Assembly (NCBI GenBank): GCA_963823665.1
Contig: CAWGMQ010000005.1
Location: forward strand, 864,001-928,000
Length of the DNA: 64,000 nucleotides
Direction of reading: 5' to 3'
From: an uncultured Planctomycetota bacterium
Lineage (GTDB): Bacteria; Planctomycetota; Planctomycetia; Isosphaerales; Isosphaeraceae
The translations under genes and the position numbers were made by a program. Shown here piece by piece: positions 1-11,472 of the stretch. The notes under the pieces are model-generated. The model did not search any database. It was given only the letters and a program-made list of their open reading frames with translations, and was not told the origin of the DNA. Within the stretch, counting starts at the first letter, position 1; each line of letters opens with the position of its first letter.

Positions 1-2660
1 TACCGGGGCACCGTCAACCTCAGCAGCACCGACCCGAACGCACTCCTCTCCCCAAGCGGCTACACCTTCACGGCCGCTGACTCCGGGACGCATTCCTTTT
101 CCGGCACGCTCGAGACCGCGGGAACCCAGTCGATCAAGGCGTCCGACACCAGCAACAATGTAAGCGGGACCGAAACGGGCATCACGGTGCAGCCCGCCGC
201 CGTCCACTCGATCACGGTCAGCGGCTTCCCTGCCGAACCCACCGCCGGGACTGCCTATAACGTCACGGTCACCGCCTACGACGCCTACAACAACGTGGCC
301 ACCGGCTACACCGGCACCGTCAATCTCAGCAGCACCGACGCGAACGCACTCTTCTCGCCCCCCAGCTTCACATTCACGGCCGCGAACGGCGGCACACATT
401 CCTTCTCGGCCACACTCGAGACCGCGGGACCTCAGTCCATCAAGGCATCTGACACCAACAACAACATCAGCGGAACCGAAACCGGGATCACCGTGCAGCC
501 CGCCGCCGTCCACTCGATCACGGTGAGCGGATTCCCTGCCGATCCCACAGCCGGCACTGCCTATAACGTCACGGTCACCGCCTATGACGCCTACAACAAT
601 GTTGCCACCGGATACAGGGGCACGGTCAATCTCAGCAGCACCGACTCGAACGGACTCGTATCCCCAAGCAGCTACACCTTCACCGCCGCTGACTCCGGCA
701 CGCATTCCTTCTCCGTCACGCTCAAGACCGCGGGGAGTGAGTCGATCAAGGCATCTGACACCGCGAACAATGTCAGCGGAACCGAAACGGGCATCACGGT
801 GCAGCCCGCGGCCGCCCACGTGTTCACCGTGAACGGGTTCCCGGCGAATCCCACCGCTGGCACGGCCTACAACGTCACGGTCACCGCCTATGACGCCTAC
901 AACAACGTGGCCAGCGGCTATTCCGGCATGGTCTACCTCAGCAGCACCGATTCGAATGCACTGTTCTCCCCGAGCAGCTACACCTTCACGGCCGCCGATG
1001 CCGGCTCCCACTCCTTCTCAGCAACGCTCGAGACCGCCGGAACTCAGTCAATCAAGGCATCGGACACCAACAACGATGTCAGCGGAACCGAAACGGGCAT
1101 CACGGTGCAGCCCGCGGCCGCCCACGTGTTCACGGTGAGCGGGTTCGCGGCGAATCCCACCGCCGGCACGACCTACAACGTCACGGTCACCGCCTATGAC
1201 GCGTACAGCAATGTTGCCACCGGATACCGGGGCAGCGTCAACCTCAGCAGCACCGACCCGAACGCACTCCTCTCCCCGAGCAGCTACACCTTCACCGCTG
1301 CCGACTTCGGCTCCCACACCTTCTCCGCCACGCTCAACACCGCGGGTGCTCAGTCGATCACCGCATCTGACACCACCAGCAATGTCAGCGGAACCGAAAC
1401 GGGCATCACGGTGCAGCCCGCGGCCGCCCACTCGTTCACCGTGACCGGCTTCCCGGCCGATCCGACAGCCGGCACGGCTTACAACTTCACGATCACCGCC
1501 TACGATGCCTACGACAACGTAGCCACCGGATACCGCGGCACGGTCAACGTTAGCAGCACCGACGCGAACGGGCTCCTTTCGCCATCCAGCTACACCTTCA
1601 CCGCCGACGACTCCGGCTCGCACACCTTCTCCGCCACGCTTGAGACCGCGGGGAGCCAGTCGATCAACGCATCCAACACGACCAACAATATCACCGGAGC
1701 CGAAACCGGCATCACCGTAAAGCCCGCTGCCGCTCAGTCATTCACGGTAAACGGGTTGCCGGCCAATCCCATGGCGGGCACGGCCTTCAACGTCACGGTC
1801 ACCGCCTATGACGCCTACAACAACGTGGCCGCCGGCTACGCGGGAACGGTCGATCTCAGCAGCACCGACCCGAACGCAGTCTTCTCGCCCTCCAGCTACA
1901 CCTTCACCGCGGCCGACTCCGGCTCCCACAACTTCTCCGTCACGCTCAAGACCGCGGGGAACCAGTCGATCAACGCATCGGACACGACGGCAGGTATCAA
2001 TGGAACCGAAGCCGGAATCGCGGTGTTTCCCGCCGTCGCGCACTCGTTCACGGCGAGCGGAGTGCCGGCCGAAACGACGGCCGGCACGGCCTACAACTTC
2101 ACGGTCACCGCGTATGACGCCTACAACAACGTGGCCACCGGCTACCGGGGCACCGTCAACCTCAGCAGCACCGACCCGAACGCAGTCTTCTCGCCCTCCA
2201 GCTACACCTTCAATGCCGCCGACGCCGGCTCGCATTCCTTCTCCGCCACGCTCAAGACCGCGGGCGCTCAGTCGATCAACGCATCTGACACGACGAACAA
2301 TGTCACTGGAACCGAAACGGGCATCACGGTGCAGCCCGCGGCCGCCTACTCGCTCACCGTGACCGGCTTCCCGGCCAATCCCACTGCCGGCACGGCCTAC
2401 AACGTCACGGTCACCGCCTATGACTCCTACAACAACGTGGCCACCGGCTACGCGGGCACGGTCAACCTCAGCAGCAGCGACCCGAATGCGCTCTTCTCGC
2501 CCTCCAGCTTCGCCTTCAGCGCCGCCGACGCCGGGACGCACACGTTTTCCGTGACGCTCAAAACGGCCGGGGCCCAATCGATCACGGCCAGGGACGCGAA
2601 CGAGAGCAGCATCATGGGCATCCAATCGAACATCGCCGTCAGCCCGGCGCCGGCCAGCGT
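1..2660 (+). repeat. Intragenic tandem repeat, 306-bp unit, about 8-9 copies in window
   Basis: VTAYDAYNNVA motif recurs at a 306-bp period (shadow ORF starts at 584, 890, 1196, 1808). Confidence 0.95.
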
Positions 2661-4308
2661 TCTGGTGCTCTCGGGTTTTCCATCAACGACGGCCGGGGCG
2701 GTCCAGAACTTCACCGTGACCGCGCTCGATCCTTACGGGAACAGAGCCACCGGCTATACCGGCACGATCCATTTCGAGAGCAGCGACGACCGGGCGACCT
2801 CGGGGTCGGGATTACCGACTGACTACACGTTCCGCGCCGGGCCAGGCCAGGATAACGGCGAGCATGTCTTCAGCGCCGTCCTCAAGACGGCGGGAACGCA
2901 ATCGATCACCGCGCAGGATACGGCAAGCGCCACAATCGCCGGCACACAGTCCGGCATTGTTGTGAGCCCGGCGGCTGCGACCCGATTGTTCTTCGGGCAG
3001 CAGCCGACGGACGCAACAGCGGGCTCGGCGATCACACCGGCGCCCACGGTGCAGGTTGAAGACGTGTACGGCAACGTGGTCACGGGCGACAGCTCTACTG
3101 TCACGCTGACACTCTCCGGAGCAACATTCGAGGGGGGCTCGAACTCGCTGGCGGCGAGCGTATCGGAGGGGGTGGCGACATTCAGCGGGTTGAAGATCGA
3201 CCTGGCCGGTAGCGACTCGCTCTCGGCGTCCGATGGCACGCTCGCGCCCTCGGGTGCCAGCCACAGCTTCACCATCAGTCCGGCTGCGGCTGCCCGTTTG
3301 GTGTTCCACACCCAGCCGTCCTCGACCGGCACCGCCGGCCAGGAATTCACAACTCAGCCGCAAGTGTACGAACTCGACCAGTTCGGCAACCTGGAGACGC
3401 TCGACAGCAGCACCGTGGTTACAGCGTCGGCGGGCAACGGCAAAGGCCCGCTCCAGGGAATTGCAGGCGTCACTGTCTCGGGTGGAATCGCGACATTCAC
3501 CAACCTCGGCGAGAACACGGCGGGAACGATCTCGCTCACCGTGAACAGTGGCACGCTCGTTCCGGCGGTCTCGAACGCCATCGACGTGATGGCCGCTCCG
3601 GCCACGCAACTGGTGATCACGACACCGCCGCCATCGCCTCTCGTCGCCGAACAGGCGTTCACCCTGGTCGTCGCCGCCCAGGATCCCTACGGTAACCTGG
3701 ACCCGACGTACAGCGGCAACGTGACTGTTTCGATTCCGAATGACCCGAGCTTCACGACGACGACCGTTGCCGCCCAGGATGGAATCGCGACGTTCGTGGG
3801 CCTCACGCTCAATCAGTCTGCCAGCGGAGCAACGATCCGCGTCGTGGCAAACGGGCTGAGCGCCGCAGTGAGCAACCCTGTGCAGATGCCATCGGCGCCG
3901 ACGATCATCAGCGAGCACGTGGTGTTGCTGCAGAAGATGAACAAGAAGGGGAAGAAAGTCGGCAAACCAGTGTTCCAGGGCTTTGCACTGGTTTACAGCG
4001 GGCCCATGAACCCATCCTCGGCCGGTCTAGCCGCCAATTACCAGGTGGCCACGACAACCAAGAACCGCATCAAGAAGAAAACGGTGACGGTGCTCAAGCC
4101 GGTTTCCATCACGGCGGTCTACAAGTCCGCGACCGATACGGTGACTCTCACCGTCAAGGGCAAGCCGAATTTCGCCAAGGGGGGCCAGATCACGGTCACC
4201 GCATCATCGCCGGGGGGTGTCACCAGCTCGGAGGGCGAGCCGCTCAGCTCGAGCGATACGAAGTTCATCATCTCGCCGAAGGCGAAGAGAGTCCAGGGGC
4301 CGGCATGA
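1..4308 (+). CDS. Large repetitive surface/adhesin protein with Ig-like beta-strand repeats (5' partial)
   Basis: Frame open from base 1 (TAC CGG GGC ACC = YRGT). Tandem ~102-aa T/S/A-rich repeats and a Lys-rich C-terminal domain (KKGKKVGKPVF...) of the kind seen in planctomycete surface proteins. Confidence 0.85.
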   Translation, partial: YRGTVNLSSTDPNALLSPSGYTFTAADSGTHSFSGTLETAGTQSIKASDTSNNVSGTETGITVQPAAVHSITVSGFPAEPTAGTAYNVTVTAYDAYNNVATGYTGTVNLSSTDANALFSPPSFTFTAANGGTHSFSATLETAGPQSIKASDTNNNISGTETGITVQPAAVHSITVSGFPADPTAGTAYNVTVTAYDAYNNVATGYRGTVNLSSTDSNGLVSPSSYTFTAADSGTHSFSVTLKTAGSESIKASDTANNVSGTETGITVQPAAAHVFTVNGFPANPTAGTAYNVTVTAYDAYNNVASGYSGMVYLSSTDSNALFSPSSYTFTAADAGSHSFSATLETAGTQSIKASDTNNDVSGTETGITVQPAAAHVFTVSGFAANPTAGTTYNVTVTAYDAYSNVATGYRGSVNLSSTDPNALLSPSSYTFTAADFGSHTFSATLNTAGAQSITASDTTSNVSGTETGITVQPAAAHSFTVTGFPADPTAGTAYNFTITAYDAYDNVATGYRGTVNVSSTDANGLLSPSSYTFTADDSGSHTFSATLETAGSQSINASNTTNNITGAETGITVKPAAAQSFTVNGLPANPMAGTAFNVTVTAYDAYNNVAAGYAGTVDLSSTDPNAVFSPSSYTFTAADSGSHNFSVTLKTAGNQSINASDTTAGINGTEAGIAVFPAVAHSFTASGVPAETTAGTAYNFTVTAYDAYNNVATGYRGTVNLSSTDPNAVFSPSSYTFNAADAGSHSFSATLKTAGAQSINASDTTNNVTGTETGITVQPAAAYSLTVTGFPANPTAGTAYNVTVTAYDSYNNVATGYAGTVNLSSSDPNALFSPSSFAFSAADAGTHTFSVTLKTAGAQSITARDANESSIMGIQSNIAVSPAPASVLVLSGFPSTTAGAVQNFTVTALDPYGNRATGYTGTIHFESSDDRATSGSGLPTDYTFRAGPGQDNGEHVFSAVLKTAGTQSITAQDTASATIAGTQSGIVVSPAAATRLFFGQQPTDATAGSAITPAPTVQVEDVYGNVVTGDSSTVTLTLSGATFEGGSNSLAASVSEGVATFSGLKIDLAGSDSLSASDGTLAPSGASHSFTISPAAAARLVFHTQPSSTGTAGQEFTTQPQVYELDQFGNLETLDSSTVVTASAGNGKGPLQGIAGVTVSGGIATFTNLGENTAGTISLTVNSGTLVPAVSNAIDVMAAPATQLVITTPPPSPLVAEQAFTLVVAAQDPYGNLDPTYSGNVTVSIPNDPSFTTTTVAAQDGIATFVGLTLNQSASGATIRVVANGLSAAVSNPVQMPSAPTIISEHVVLLQKMNKKGKKVGKPVFQGFALVYSGPMNPSSAGLAANYQVATTTKNRIKKKTVTVLKPVSITAVYKSATDTVTLTVKGKPNFAKGGQITVTASSPGGVTSSEGEPLSSSDTKFIISPKAKRVQGPA

Positions 4309-4340
4309 GAAGCGGAGTGCGCAGGATTCGAAGTCGATTC

Positions 4341-5474
4341 TCAGTAAGCTTCCGAGCTGAGCGCTTCCCGATTGTTCGGAGTCGCGAGGGCATACCAGGT
4401 GCTGTGGCTCACCCCGTTCTTGATGAAATGGACCGAGCCGTCCATGAACAGCACGTTCACGCCGCCGGGATGGTAGGAAGTGGCCCCAACCATCGTGAGC
4501 GAGGCGCGGCCGTCCTGATTGATGTCGTGGTAGACGCAGTTGGTCCGATTGGGCATCTGGGTGTGGGAGTAGATCATGCCGGGGCCATAACTCCACCACT
4601 CACCCTTCCATTGCCACTGCTGGTTGGGGGGCCTGATCGGAATCCGGTTGCACAGTTCCGCGAACTGGAGGTCGGTCGAGTAAAAGTTGGAATTCTCGCC
4701 GAGGTTGTACACCTCCATCAGCCCGTCCCGGGAACGGCCGGTTGGCACGGCCAGGCCCTTGATCCACTCGCTGAAGATCGCTGTGTTGGTGGTACCATCG
4801 ACGAAGGTCGCCAGGTCGGTCGTGTTACTGACGGTCTTATCCCAGGAGCTGGCGATGTAGTTCGGTCCGTTCAACTGCCAGCTCCGATCCGGCGCCCCGC
4901 CGCTGATCCGCCGGTTCAGGCCGATATTGGCCCCATAGCTGCTGGAACCCACCACCTTGTTCCCCCCACCAAACGTGAAAAAGCTGGACGATCCCGGATT
5001 GCTGTCCGAGGGGCACAAGAAGAAGGAAAGCGTCGTGACCAGAACGGTCATCTGGGGAATGCTATCCCCGTTTCCGAAGTTAGCGTTCGTCGGATCGTAA
5101 TTGGGATTGGCGTCTGCATAGGCAACATCGCCGCTCCAGCGAGCGCCGAACGACCAGTTAATCGCATTGAAAAGCACTCGCTGCTCCAGGTACGGAAGCA
5201 GCCGCGCGTGCTGCGACCAGTTCTGGTGCGGCTGGGGAACCGGAACGGTTCCCACCCACGTCGGATCGACGCAGACGGGCGGCAAGACGCTGTGGTCGCT
5301 CACGTAGGCGTTCATCGCCAGACCGAGCTGCTTGAGATTGTTAATGCACTGCGTCCGCCGAGCCGCTTCACGTGCAGCTTGAACAGCCGGTAGCAACAAG
5401 CCAATGAGAACGCCGATGATTGCGATCACCACAAGCAGCTCGATCAACGTGAAGCCGTGGTCTCTTCGAGTCAT
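4341..5474 (-). CDS. DUF1559 prepilin-type N-terminal cleavage/methylation protein
   Basis: [41 protein letters not shown]-terminus and C-terminal [14 protein letters not shown] (H-X9-DG). Confidence 0.95.
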   Translation of the reverse strand: MTRRDHGFTLIELLVVIAIIGVLIGLLLPAVQAAREAARRTQCINNLKQLGLAMNAYVSDHSVLPPVCVDPTWVGTVPVPQPHQNWSQHARLLPYLEQRVLFNAINWSFGARWSGDVAYADANPNYDPTNANFGNGDSIPQMTVLVTTLSFFLCPSDSNPGSSSFFTFGGGNKVVGSSSYGANIGLNRRISGGAPDRSWQLNGPNYIASSWDKTVSNTTDLATFVDGTTNTAIFSEWIKGLAVPTGRSRDGLMEVYNLGENSNFYSTDLQFAELCNRIPIRPPNQQWQWKGEWWSYGPGMIYSHTQMPNRTNCVYHDINQDGRASLTMVGATSYHPGGVNVLFMDGSVHFIKNGVSHSTWYALATPNNREALSSEAY

Positions 5475-5530
5475 GGTCTGTGCCCTTAACCCAGCGGTTG
5501 GACGTATTGCCGCACCAGCGAATTCCCCGG

Positions 5531-5788
5531 CTACTTCGGGGCCGGATAACCGGCTCCCTGGTCCGGGACAGGTCCGTTCTTCATGCCCGCACCCCCCTGA
5601 ACGCCCGGGGTAATCCCGTAATACTCGTCCTGAGTCTGCGCCTGAGCGGTGCGAGAACCGGGGATCGCGTTCTTCGCTGCGGCCGCTTGCGCTTGATGGG
5701 CGCCTCGTTGTCTTCCGCGCAGCCGACGAGCCCCGTGAAGCAAAAGCAGAGCAGAGCGAGCCTCACTCCATTGGCGAGCAACCTCATG
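5531..5788 (-). CDS. Small lipoprotein partner of DUF1559 (apparent 1-bp frameshift near 5692)
   Basis: MRLLANG...GLVGC lipobox, continuing in another frame as [12 protein letters not shown]...; adding one G restores APIKAQAAAAK. Confidence 0.65.
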   Translation of the reverse strand, partial: HEVARQWSEARSALLLLHGARRLRGRQRGAHQAQAAAAKNAIPGSRTAQAQTQDEYYGITPGVQGGAGMKNGPVPDQGAGYPAPK

Positions 5789-5868
5789 ATGAGTATGCGT
5801 CTCCTCAAACGACGGCAGGGCAAAAAAGGAAATGCAGGGTGTGCGATCATCCGCGCCCATCGTTCATG

Positions 5869-7068
5869 TTACTTCCGCCGCGCCGGGGCGACAAGATGAG
5901 GCGGGTCGTCGCCCGGTCGCGAACTTGCCCGAGCCAGGGCAACAACTTTCCACCCCTCGGTACCGTAACGAAGATCGCGCTCGGTGAATTCCCAGATCAC
6001 TTGCTTCTTGTTCAAGAGGAGCTCCGGTCGGCGTGCCAGCTCTTGCCGGACCAGTGTGGAGGCTCCGCCGTCGTTCACAATCGAGGTGAGTTCTTGCCCG
6101 AGCTCCCGCGCCAGATGCGCGATGAACCCGGCGGCCCCTGGCTCGTCCTGCTCATAGATCCGGAGAAAACTATCGCCCAGGACCAGTATTTCGGACTCCG
6201 GCCGATCGTGGTACGCCGTGCCGGTGTCCGGCTCGACCACTTGAAGGCACGCCAGGCTCTCCGGTTCGAGCGTGCGCTCGATCTGCGGCACCCGCAGCAT
6301 TTCGACCAGATCGCCGAGGCGCCGGACGGTGACCGGGCGCAGGGCATACGCGCGATCACCCCGATTGACGGCGTTTGCATCGAGCACCCGGCGCGCACGG
6401 CGGCGGCGGCCACCCGCGCGCCTTCCGGCGACCAGTGGCTGTCCTGCATCAGATAGAGCCGCCTCAAATGCGTCCGGCCCTCCTCGTCCCGGGCGCGTCG
6501 AAACGTCTCGAAAAGGTCGACATGCTCGATTCCGCACTGATCCAACTGATCGAGCAGACGACGGGTCTGTTCGCAAACGATGACTCCCGCGCCTTCCGCC
6601 CGCCCGGCGAGCATCTCGGGATAGACGCACTCCTTGTTGGGCACCGGAACGACCAGCAGCCGGATCCCGCGCTCCTGGAGCTGATCGCGGAACGATTGGA
6701 TCGCAAGAAGAGGATCGGCAAGTTCGCGTTCAGGAGCGCCGGGCGGGCGCTCGATCACATAGCGCACGCTCGGCCGATAAAAGAGCCAGCCGTCACGACC
6801 TGGAACGGCATTCTCGCCGGCATCGGCAAGAAACCTCCACTCGAGGTACTGTACCCACGGCCGGAGCCGCTTGACGACGAGACTCGTCTCCTCAAGGCTC
6901 TGCTCGTACGCGTGCAGGTTGCCGGCCGTCGGAGCTTGGCGGAAAACGTCAAGCGCGCGGGCGCTCGCCGTCTCGAAGCTCGGACACCGTCTGAACGAGC
7001 CCCGGCGCCATGATCACGGCGAGAAAGACAGCAACCACAAAAATGTACGGACCACGGCGCGTCTGCAA
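5869..7068 (-). CDS. AlgX/AlgJ-like SGNH O-acetyltransferase (split by apparent frameshifts)
   Basis: Pieces in three frames: N-terminal TM helix, LLVVPVPNK, DSHWSPEG, LVLGDSF. Lies directly downstream of an MBOAT gene. Confidence 0.8.
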
Positions 7069-7078
7069 GGCAGAAATC

Positions 7079-8527
7079 CTAGAACTGGAAGTACAGGAAC
7101 GGGTTGAACGACTGCGAGAACATTACAAGCAGCGAGGCGCAGAAAAGCGGATGCACAACGATCGCCTTGGGCCAGGTGACCTGCCTGCTCCACTCGTGCG
7201 CCTGGACTGGCCAGGCGACGACCACGGCGCCGATGGCCATGATCAGGAACGCCTCCCTGGTATACAGCAGGCCCGGCAAGAGCAGCGTGGCGGAGCCAGA
7301 GCCCCCCTGCCCGATCATGACCCCCAGGTATTCCATCGCCTCGTGCAGATTCGCCGAGCGAAACAGGACCCACGAGAAGAGCACCAGCACGAACGTGGCC
7401 GCCACGCGCACCGGCCGCGGGAATTGTTCCAGTGCGCTGCGCTTGCCCCGGAGCCGCTCAAACGCGAGCAGGACGCCGTGATACGCCCCCCAGGCGACGA
7501 ACGTCCATTTCGCGCCGTGCCACAGCCCGCCCAGCAGCATCACGAGGATGAGATTAAAGTAGGTGCGTCGAGAGCCGTGCCGATTGCCCCCGAGAGGAAT
7601 ATAGAGATAATCGCGCAAGAATGTACTCAGCGAGATGTGCCAGCGCCGCCAGAAGTCCGTGATGCTCTCGGCCTGGTAGGGCGAATCGAAATTCTTCAGG
7701 AACTCGAAGCCCACCATCCGCCCCAGGCCGATGGCCATGTCGGAATAACCGGAGAAATCGAAGTAGATCTGGAATGCATAAGCCAGCGCGCCGAACCAGG
7801 CATCCGGCGTGGAAAGCGATTGGGCGTCGAACGCGGCGTCGGCAACCCTGCCCATCGGGTTGGCCAGCAAGATCTTCTTGGCGAAGCCGAGGGCGAACAG
7901 GGTCACGCCCGAGCCGAATTTCTCCCAGGTGTGGGATCGGCTTACGAGCTGGTCGGCCACTGTGTTGTAGCGGATGATCGGCCCGGCGACGAGCTGGGGA
8001 AAGAGTGCGATGTAGCAAGCGAAATCAATGAACGACCGAACGGGAGGAGCCGTGCCGCGATAGACGTCGATCGTGTAGCTGAGCGCGTGGAACGTATAGA
8101 ACGAGATCCCGATGGGCAACGCGATCGCAAGCACTCGCAGCGTGCCGGCTCCGAACCAGGCCAGCGCCTGGTTCAGGTTAATCTCGAAGAACAGGAAATA
8201 CTTGAAGAACCCAAGCGTGCCCAGGCTCATGACAACGGCGCACGTCGCGACCCAGAAGGAGAGCCTGCGACTGATCCCCGGCAGCCCGATGATCCGCCCG
8301 CAGACATAGTTCACGCCGGTGATCCCGAGCATCAAGAGGATGAACCAGGGGTTCCACCAACCGTAGAAGACGTAGCTCGCGAGAACCAAAAAAGTGTTGA
8401 GCACCAGGCTGGTGCGACCCACCGGCGCCCCGGCGTGCCGACTCAAGCCATCGAGGGCGTAATAGAACACCAGGACCAGCGGCAAGAAGTAGAAGACAAA
8501 GAGATATGTCGTGAAGACCATGGTCAC
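7079..8527 (-). CDS. algI: MBOAT family O-acyltransferase, AlgI/DltB-like
   Basis: LPIGISFYTF, FPQLVAGPI, YFDFSGYSDMAIG, FWRRWHISLS, GLWHGA motifs. Confidence 0.9.
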   Translation of the reverse strand: MTMVFTTYLFVFYFLPLVLVFYYALDGLSRHAGAPVGRTSLVLNTFLVLASYVFYGWWNPWFILLMLGITGVNYVCGRIIGLPGISRRLSFWVATCAVVMSLGTLGFFKYFLFFEINLNQALAWFGAGTLRVLAIALPIGISFYTFHALSYTIDVYRGTAPPVRSFIDFACYIALFPQLVAGPIIRYNTVADQLVSRSHTWEKFGSGVTLFALGFAKKILLANPMGRVADAAFDAQSLSTPDAWFGALAYAFQIYFDFSGYSDMAIGLGRMVGFEFLKNFDSPYQAESITDFWRRWHISLSTFLRDYLYIPLGGNRHGSRRTYFNLILVMLLGGLWHGAKWTFVAWGAYHGVLLAFERLRGKRSALEQFPRPVRVAATFVLVLFSWVLFRSANLHEAMEYLGVMIGQGGSGSATLLLPGLLYTREAFLIMAIGAVVVAWPVQAHEWSRQVTWPKAIVVHPLFCASLLVMFSQSFNPFLYFQF

Positions 8528-8536
8528 ACAGGCCGG

Positions 8537-9022
8537 TCAGTCGCTGACCAGGTTTGTCCAGACCGCCCAGTAGATGGGGTCGGTGTCTTCCTCGGAATAC
8601 TTGTTGAGGATACCGCCAGTGAAATGGTCAAGCATCGATCCTTCGAGTGCCATGCGGTGCACCTGGCCGGCGCGGAACGATTTGAGATTGCCGCCGATGT
8701 CCTCCACGCGCCGATCGGCCACTTCGGAGCGGGGCTTCGCCGGATTGTAGTGGCCGACGTAGATGGTCTGGCCCTTCACCCGGCCGCGGTGGACTTCGAT
8801 CACCTCGTACTTGAGAACGGTCGCGTAGTTGTACAGCTTCCGATCGAAGATCGCCCCCTCGGGGATCTCGACGAGCCTCGCCGTGACCTCGATGCTGCCC
8901 CGCTTCGCCAGCTCGGGATCCGAGCTTGCCGTGCCCTCGCTGTTCCTGCCACAGCCGGCCGTCAAAAGACCCACGGCAAGCAGGAGACTCCCCACGAAGG
9001 TTCGGCTCGTTCGCAAGCTCAT
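8537..9022 (-). CDS. Lipoprotein of unknown function in the acetylation operon
   Basis: LTAGC lipobox; 9 bp upstream of the MBOAT gene. Confidence 0.75.
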   Translation of the reverse strand: MSLRTSRTFVGSLLLAVGLLTAGCGRNSEGTASSDPELAKRGSIEVTARLVEIPEGAIFDRKLYNYATVLKYEVIEVHRGRVKGQTIYVGHYNPAKPRSEVADRRVEDIGGNLKSFRAGQVHRMALEGSMLDHFTGGILNKYSEEDTDPIYWAVWTNLVSD

Positions 9023-9050
9023 GAGTGTAGCGCCTCACTTGACGATGGAC

Positions 9051-10238
<1,188 letters not shown>

Positions 10239-10341
10239 CGCAGTTATGTCCTCACGCAGACGGAAGTTTCGATGAATTGAGCATACCCGTTGAACGGCTG
10301 GGAGGGAACCGAAGAAGCCCGCCGGTCAGTCGATACTGGAG

Positions 10342-10425
10342 CGGAAGGAGAGGGAGTCGAACCCTCAAGGCTCATCGCTCGCCCGATTTCAAATCGGGTG
10401 CCGTCGCCCGTCGGCTTGCCCTTCC
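10342..10425 (-). tRNA. tRNA-Ser(TGA)
   Basis: Anticodon arm CCCGA-TTTGAAA-TCGGG, long V-arm, T-loop TTCGACT. Confidence 0.9.
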
Positions 10426-10531
10426 CGATCTTCGATTGCGCTTGCGCTCATCGACGTGATGGGTCGCCAAAAGTCGCCGCGATGAAGCAATTCGCGCTGA
10501 TCTCGCTCGCGACAGGTCAGTGTTTCGCGAG

Positions 10532-10617
10532 CGGAAGGCAAGGGATTCGAACCCTCATTCCCCGAAGGGAAACCGCGTTAGCAGTGCGGCCCGGCCAACC
10601 GTATCCGGCTACCTTCC
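10532..10617 (-). tRNA. tRNA-Ser(GCT)
   Basis: CCGCA-CTGCTAA-CGCGG, long V-arm, T-loop TTCGAAT. Confidence 0.9.
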
Positions 10618-10623
10618 CAAAAA

Positions 10624-10694
10624 TGGACCGCCGGGGAGTCGAACCCCGATTTCCTGCTTGCAAGGCAGGTGTCGTCCCGTTGGACCAGCAGCCC
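10624..10694 (-). tRNA. tRNA-Ala(TGC)
   Basis: CCTGC-CTTGCAA-GCAGG; G3:U70 and A73 present. Confidence 0.9.
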
Positions 10695-10709
10695 GTTTTG
10701 TCTTCCCAA

Positions 10710-10780
10710 AGGTCCGCCCGAGAATTGAACTCGGTCCCCCTCTTTACAAGAGAGGAATGCAGCCAGCACACCCGCGGACC
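10710..10780 (-). tRNA. tRNA-Thr(TGT), atypical
   Basis: CCTCT-CTTGTAA-AGAGG; acceptor GGTCCGC/GCGGACC; short D-loop; G at position 8. Confidence 0.75.
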
Positions 10781-10804
10781 ACTCACTTCTTCCCAGTCAT
10801 GAAG

Positions 10805-10877
10805 TCATCCCGGAGGGAGTCGAACCCCCGTTTCCTCTTTGTAGGAGAGGCGTCGTTAGCCGTTGGACCACGGGACG
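10805..10877 (-). tRNA. tRNA-Val(TAC)
   Basis: CCTCT-CCTACAA-AGAGG (C33); T-loop TTCGACT. Confidence 0.85.
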
Positions 10878-10902
10878 TCACCGCTTGCTCATCTCTTTCC
10901 AG

Positions 10903-10976
10903 TAGCACGGGTGGGAGTCGAACCCACAGACATCAGTCTCTCGAACTGATCGCTATGCCAATTCGCGTACCGTGCC
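10903..10976 (-). tRNA. tRNA-Leu(GAG), short variable region
   Basis: TCAGT-TCGAGAG-ACTGA (C33); only 4-5 nt variable loop; A73. Confidence 0.8.
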
Positions 10977-11017
10977 GGCAATCGCATGAGATCACATCCT
11001 GTCGCTCACCACATCCA

Positions 11018-11086
11018 TTGCGGGCCCGGGAGTCGAACCGCGGCGTCCGAGCTTATGAAACTCGGCCGAGCACCAGCCCGCCCGCA
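11018..11086 (-). tRNA. tRNA with CAT anticodon (Met/Ile2), reduced D-arm
   Basis: CGAGT-TTCATAA-GCTCG; acceptor TGCGGGC/GCCCGCA; 69 nt. Confidence 0.7.
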
Positions 11087-11088
11087 TG

Positions 11089-11158
11089 TCCCAGGCCCCG
11101 GTATCGAACCGGGCGAGCCGGCTTTATGAGAGCCGGGTGGAACCCTGTCGCGCCTGGG
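11089..11158 (-). tRNA. Second tRNA with CAT anticodon, reduced D-arm
   Basis: CGGCT-CTCATAA-AGCCG; acceptor CCCAGGC/GCCTGGG; T-arm CCCGG-TTCGATA-CCGGG. Confidence 0.72.
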
Positions 11159-11176
11159 AATCATCTTCATTTCGAG

Positions 11177-11249
11177 CAGCCCCGGCGGGAATCGAACCCG
11201 CTTTTCCACCTTGAGAGGGTGGCGTCCTGAACCGGTAGACCACGGGGCC
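11177..11249 (-). tRNA. tRNA-Glu(CTC)
   Basis: CCACC-CTCTCAA-GGTGG; canonical cloverleaf. Confidence 0.9.
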
Positions 11250-11265
11250 AAAAGAAGAACAAGAT

Positions 11266-11351
11266 TGGGTGGTGAAGGAGTTGAACCTCTCGCCTACCGC
11301 CTCACAATTTGAAGGCAACGGCTTTACAGACCGCCGTGAGGAACACCACCC
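11266..11351 (-). tRNA. tRNA-Tyr(GTA)-like, D-armless with enlarged variable region
   Basis: Acceptor GGGTGGT/ACCACCC + A73; anticodon arm GCGGT-CTGTAAA-GCCGT; T-loop TTCAACT; only 10 nt between acceptor and anticodon stems. Confidence 0.72.
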
Positions 11352-11365
11352 GAGAAAGAGTCCGA

Positions 11366-11440
11366 TGGCACGAGTGGGAGTCGAACCCACAGGTCAACAA
11401 GGTTTGAGCTTGTCCGCTTTGCCGGTTTGCGTACCGTGCC
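11366..11440 (-). tRNA. tRNA-Leu(CAA), short variable region
   Basis: ACAAG-CTCAAAC-CTTGT; same scaffold as Leu(GAG). Confidence 0.82.
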
Positions 11441-11472
11441 GGTTCCATTCGTCGATCAATCAATCAATCAAG

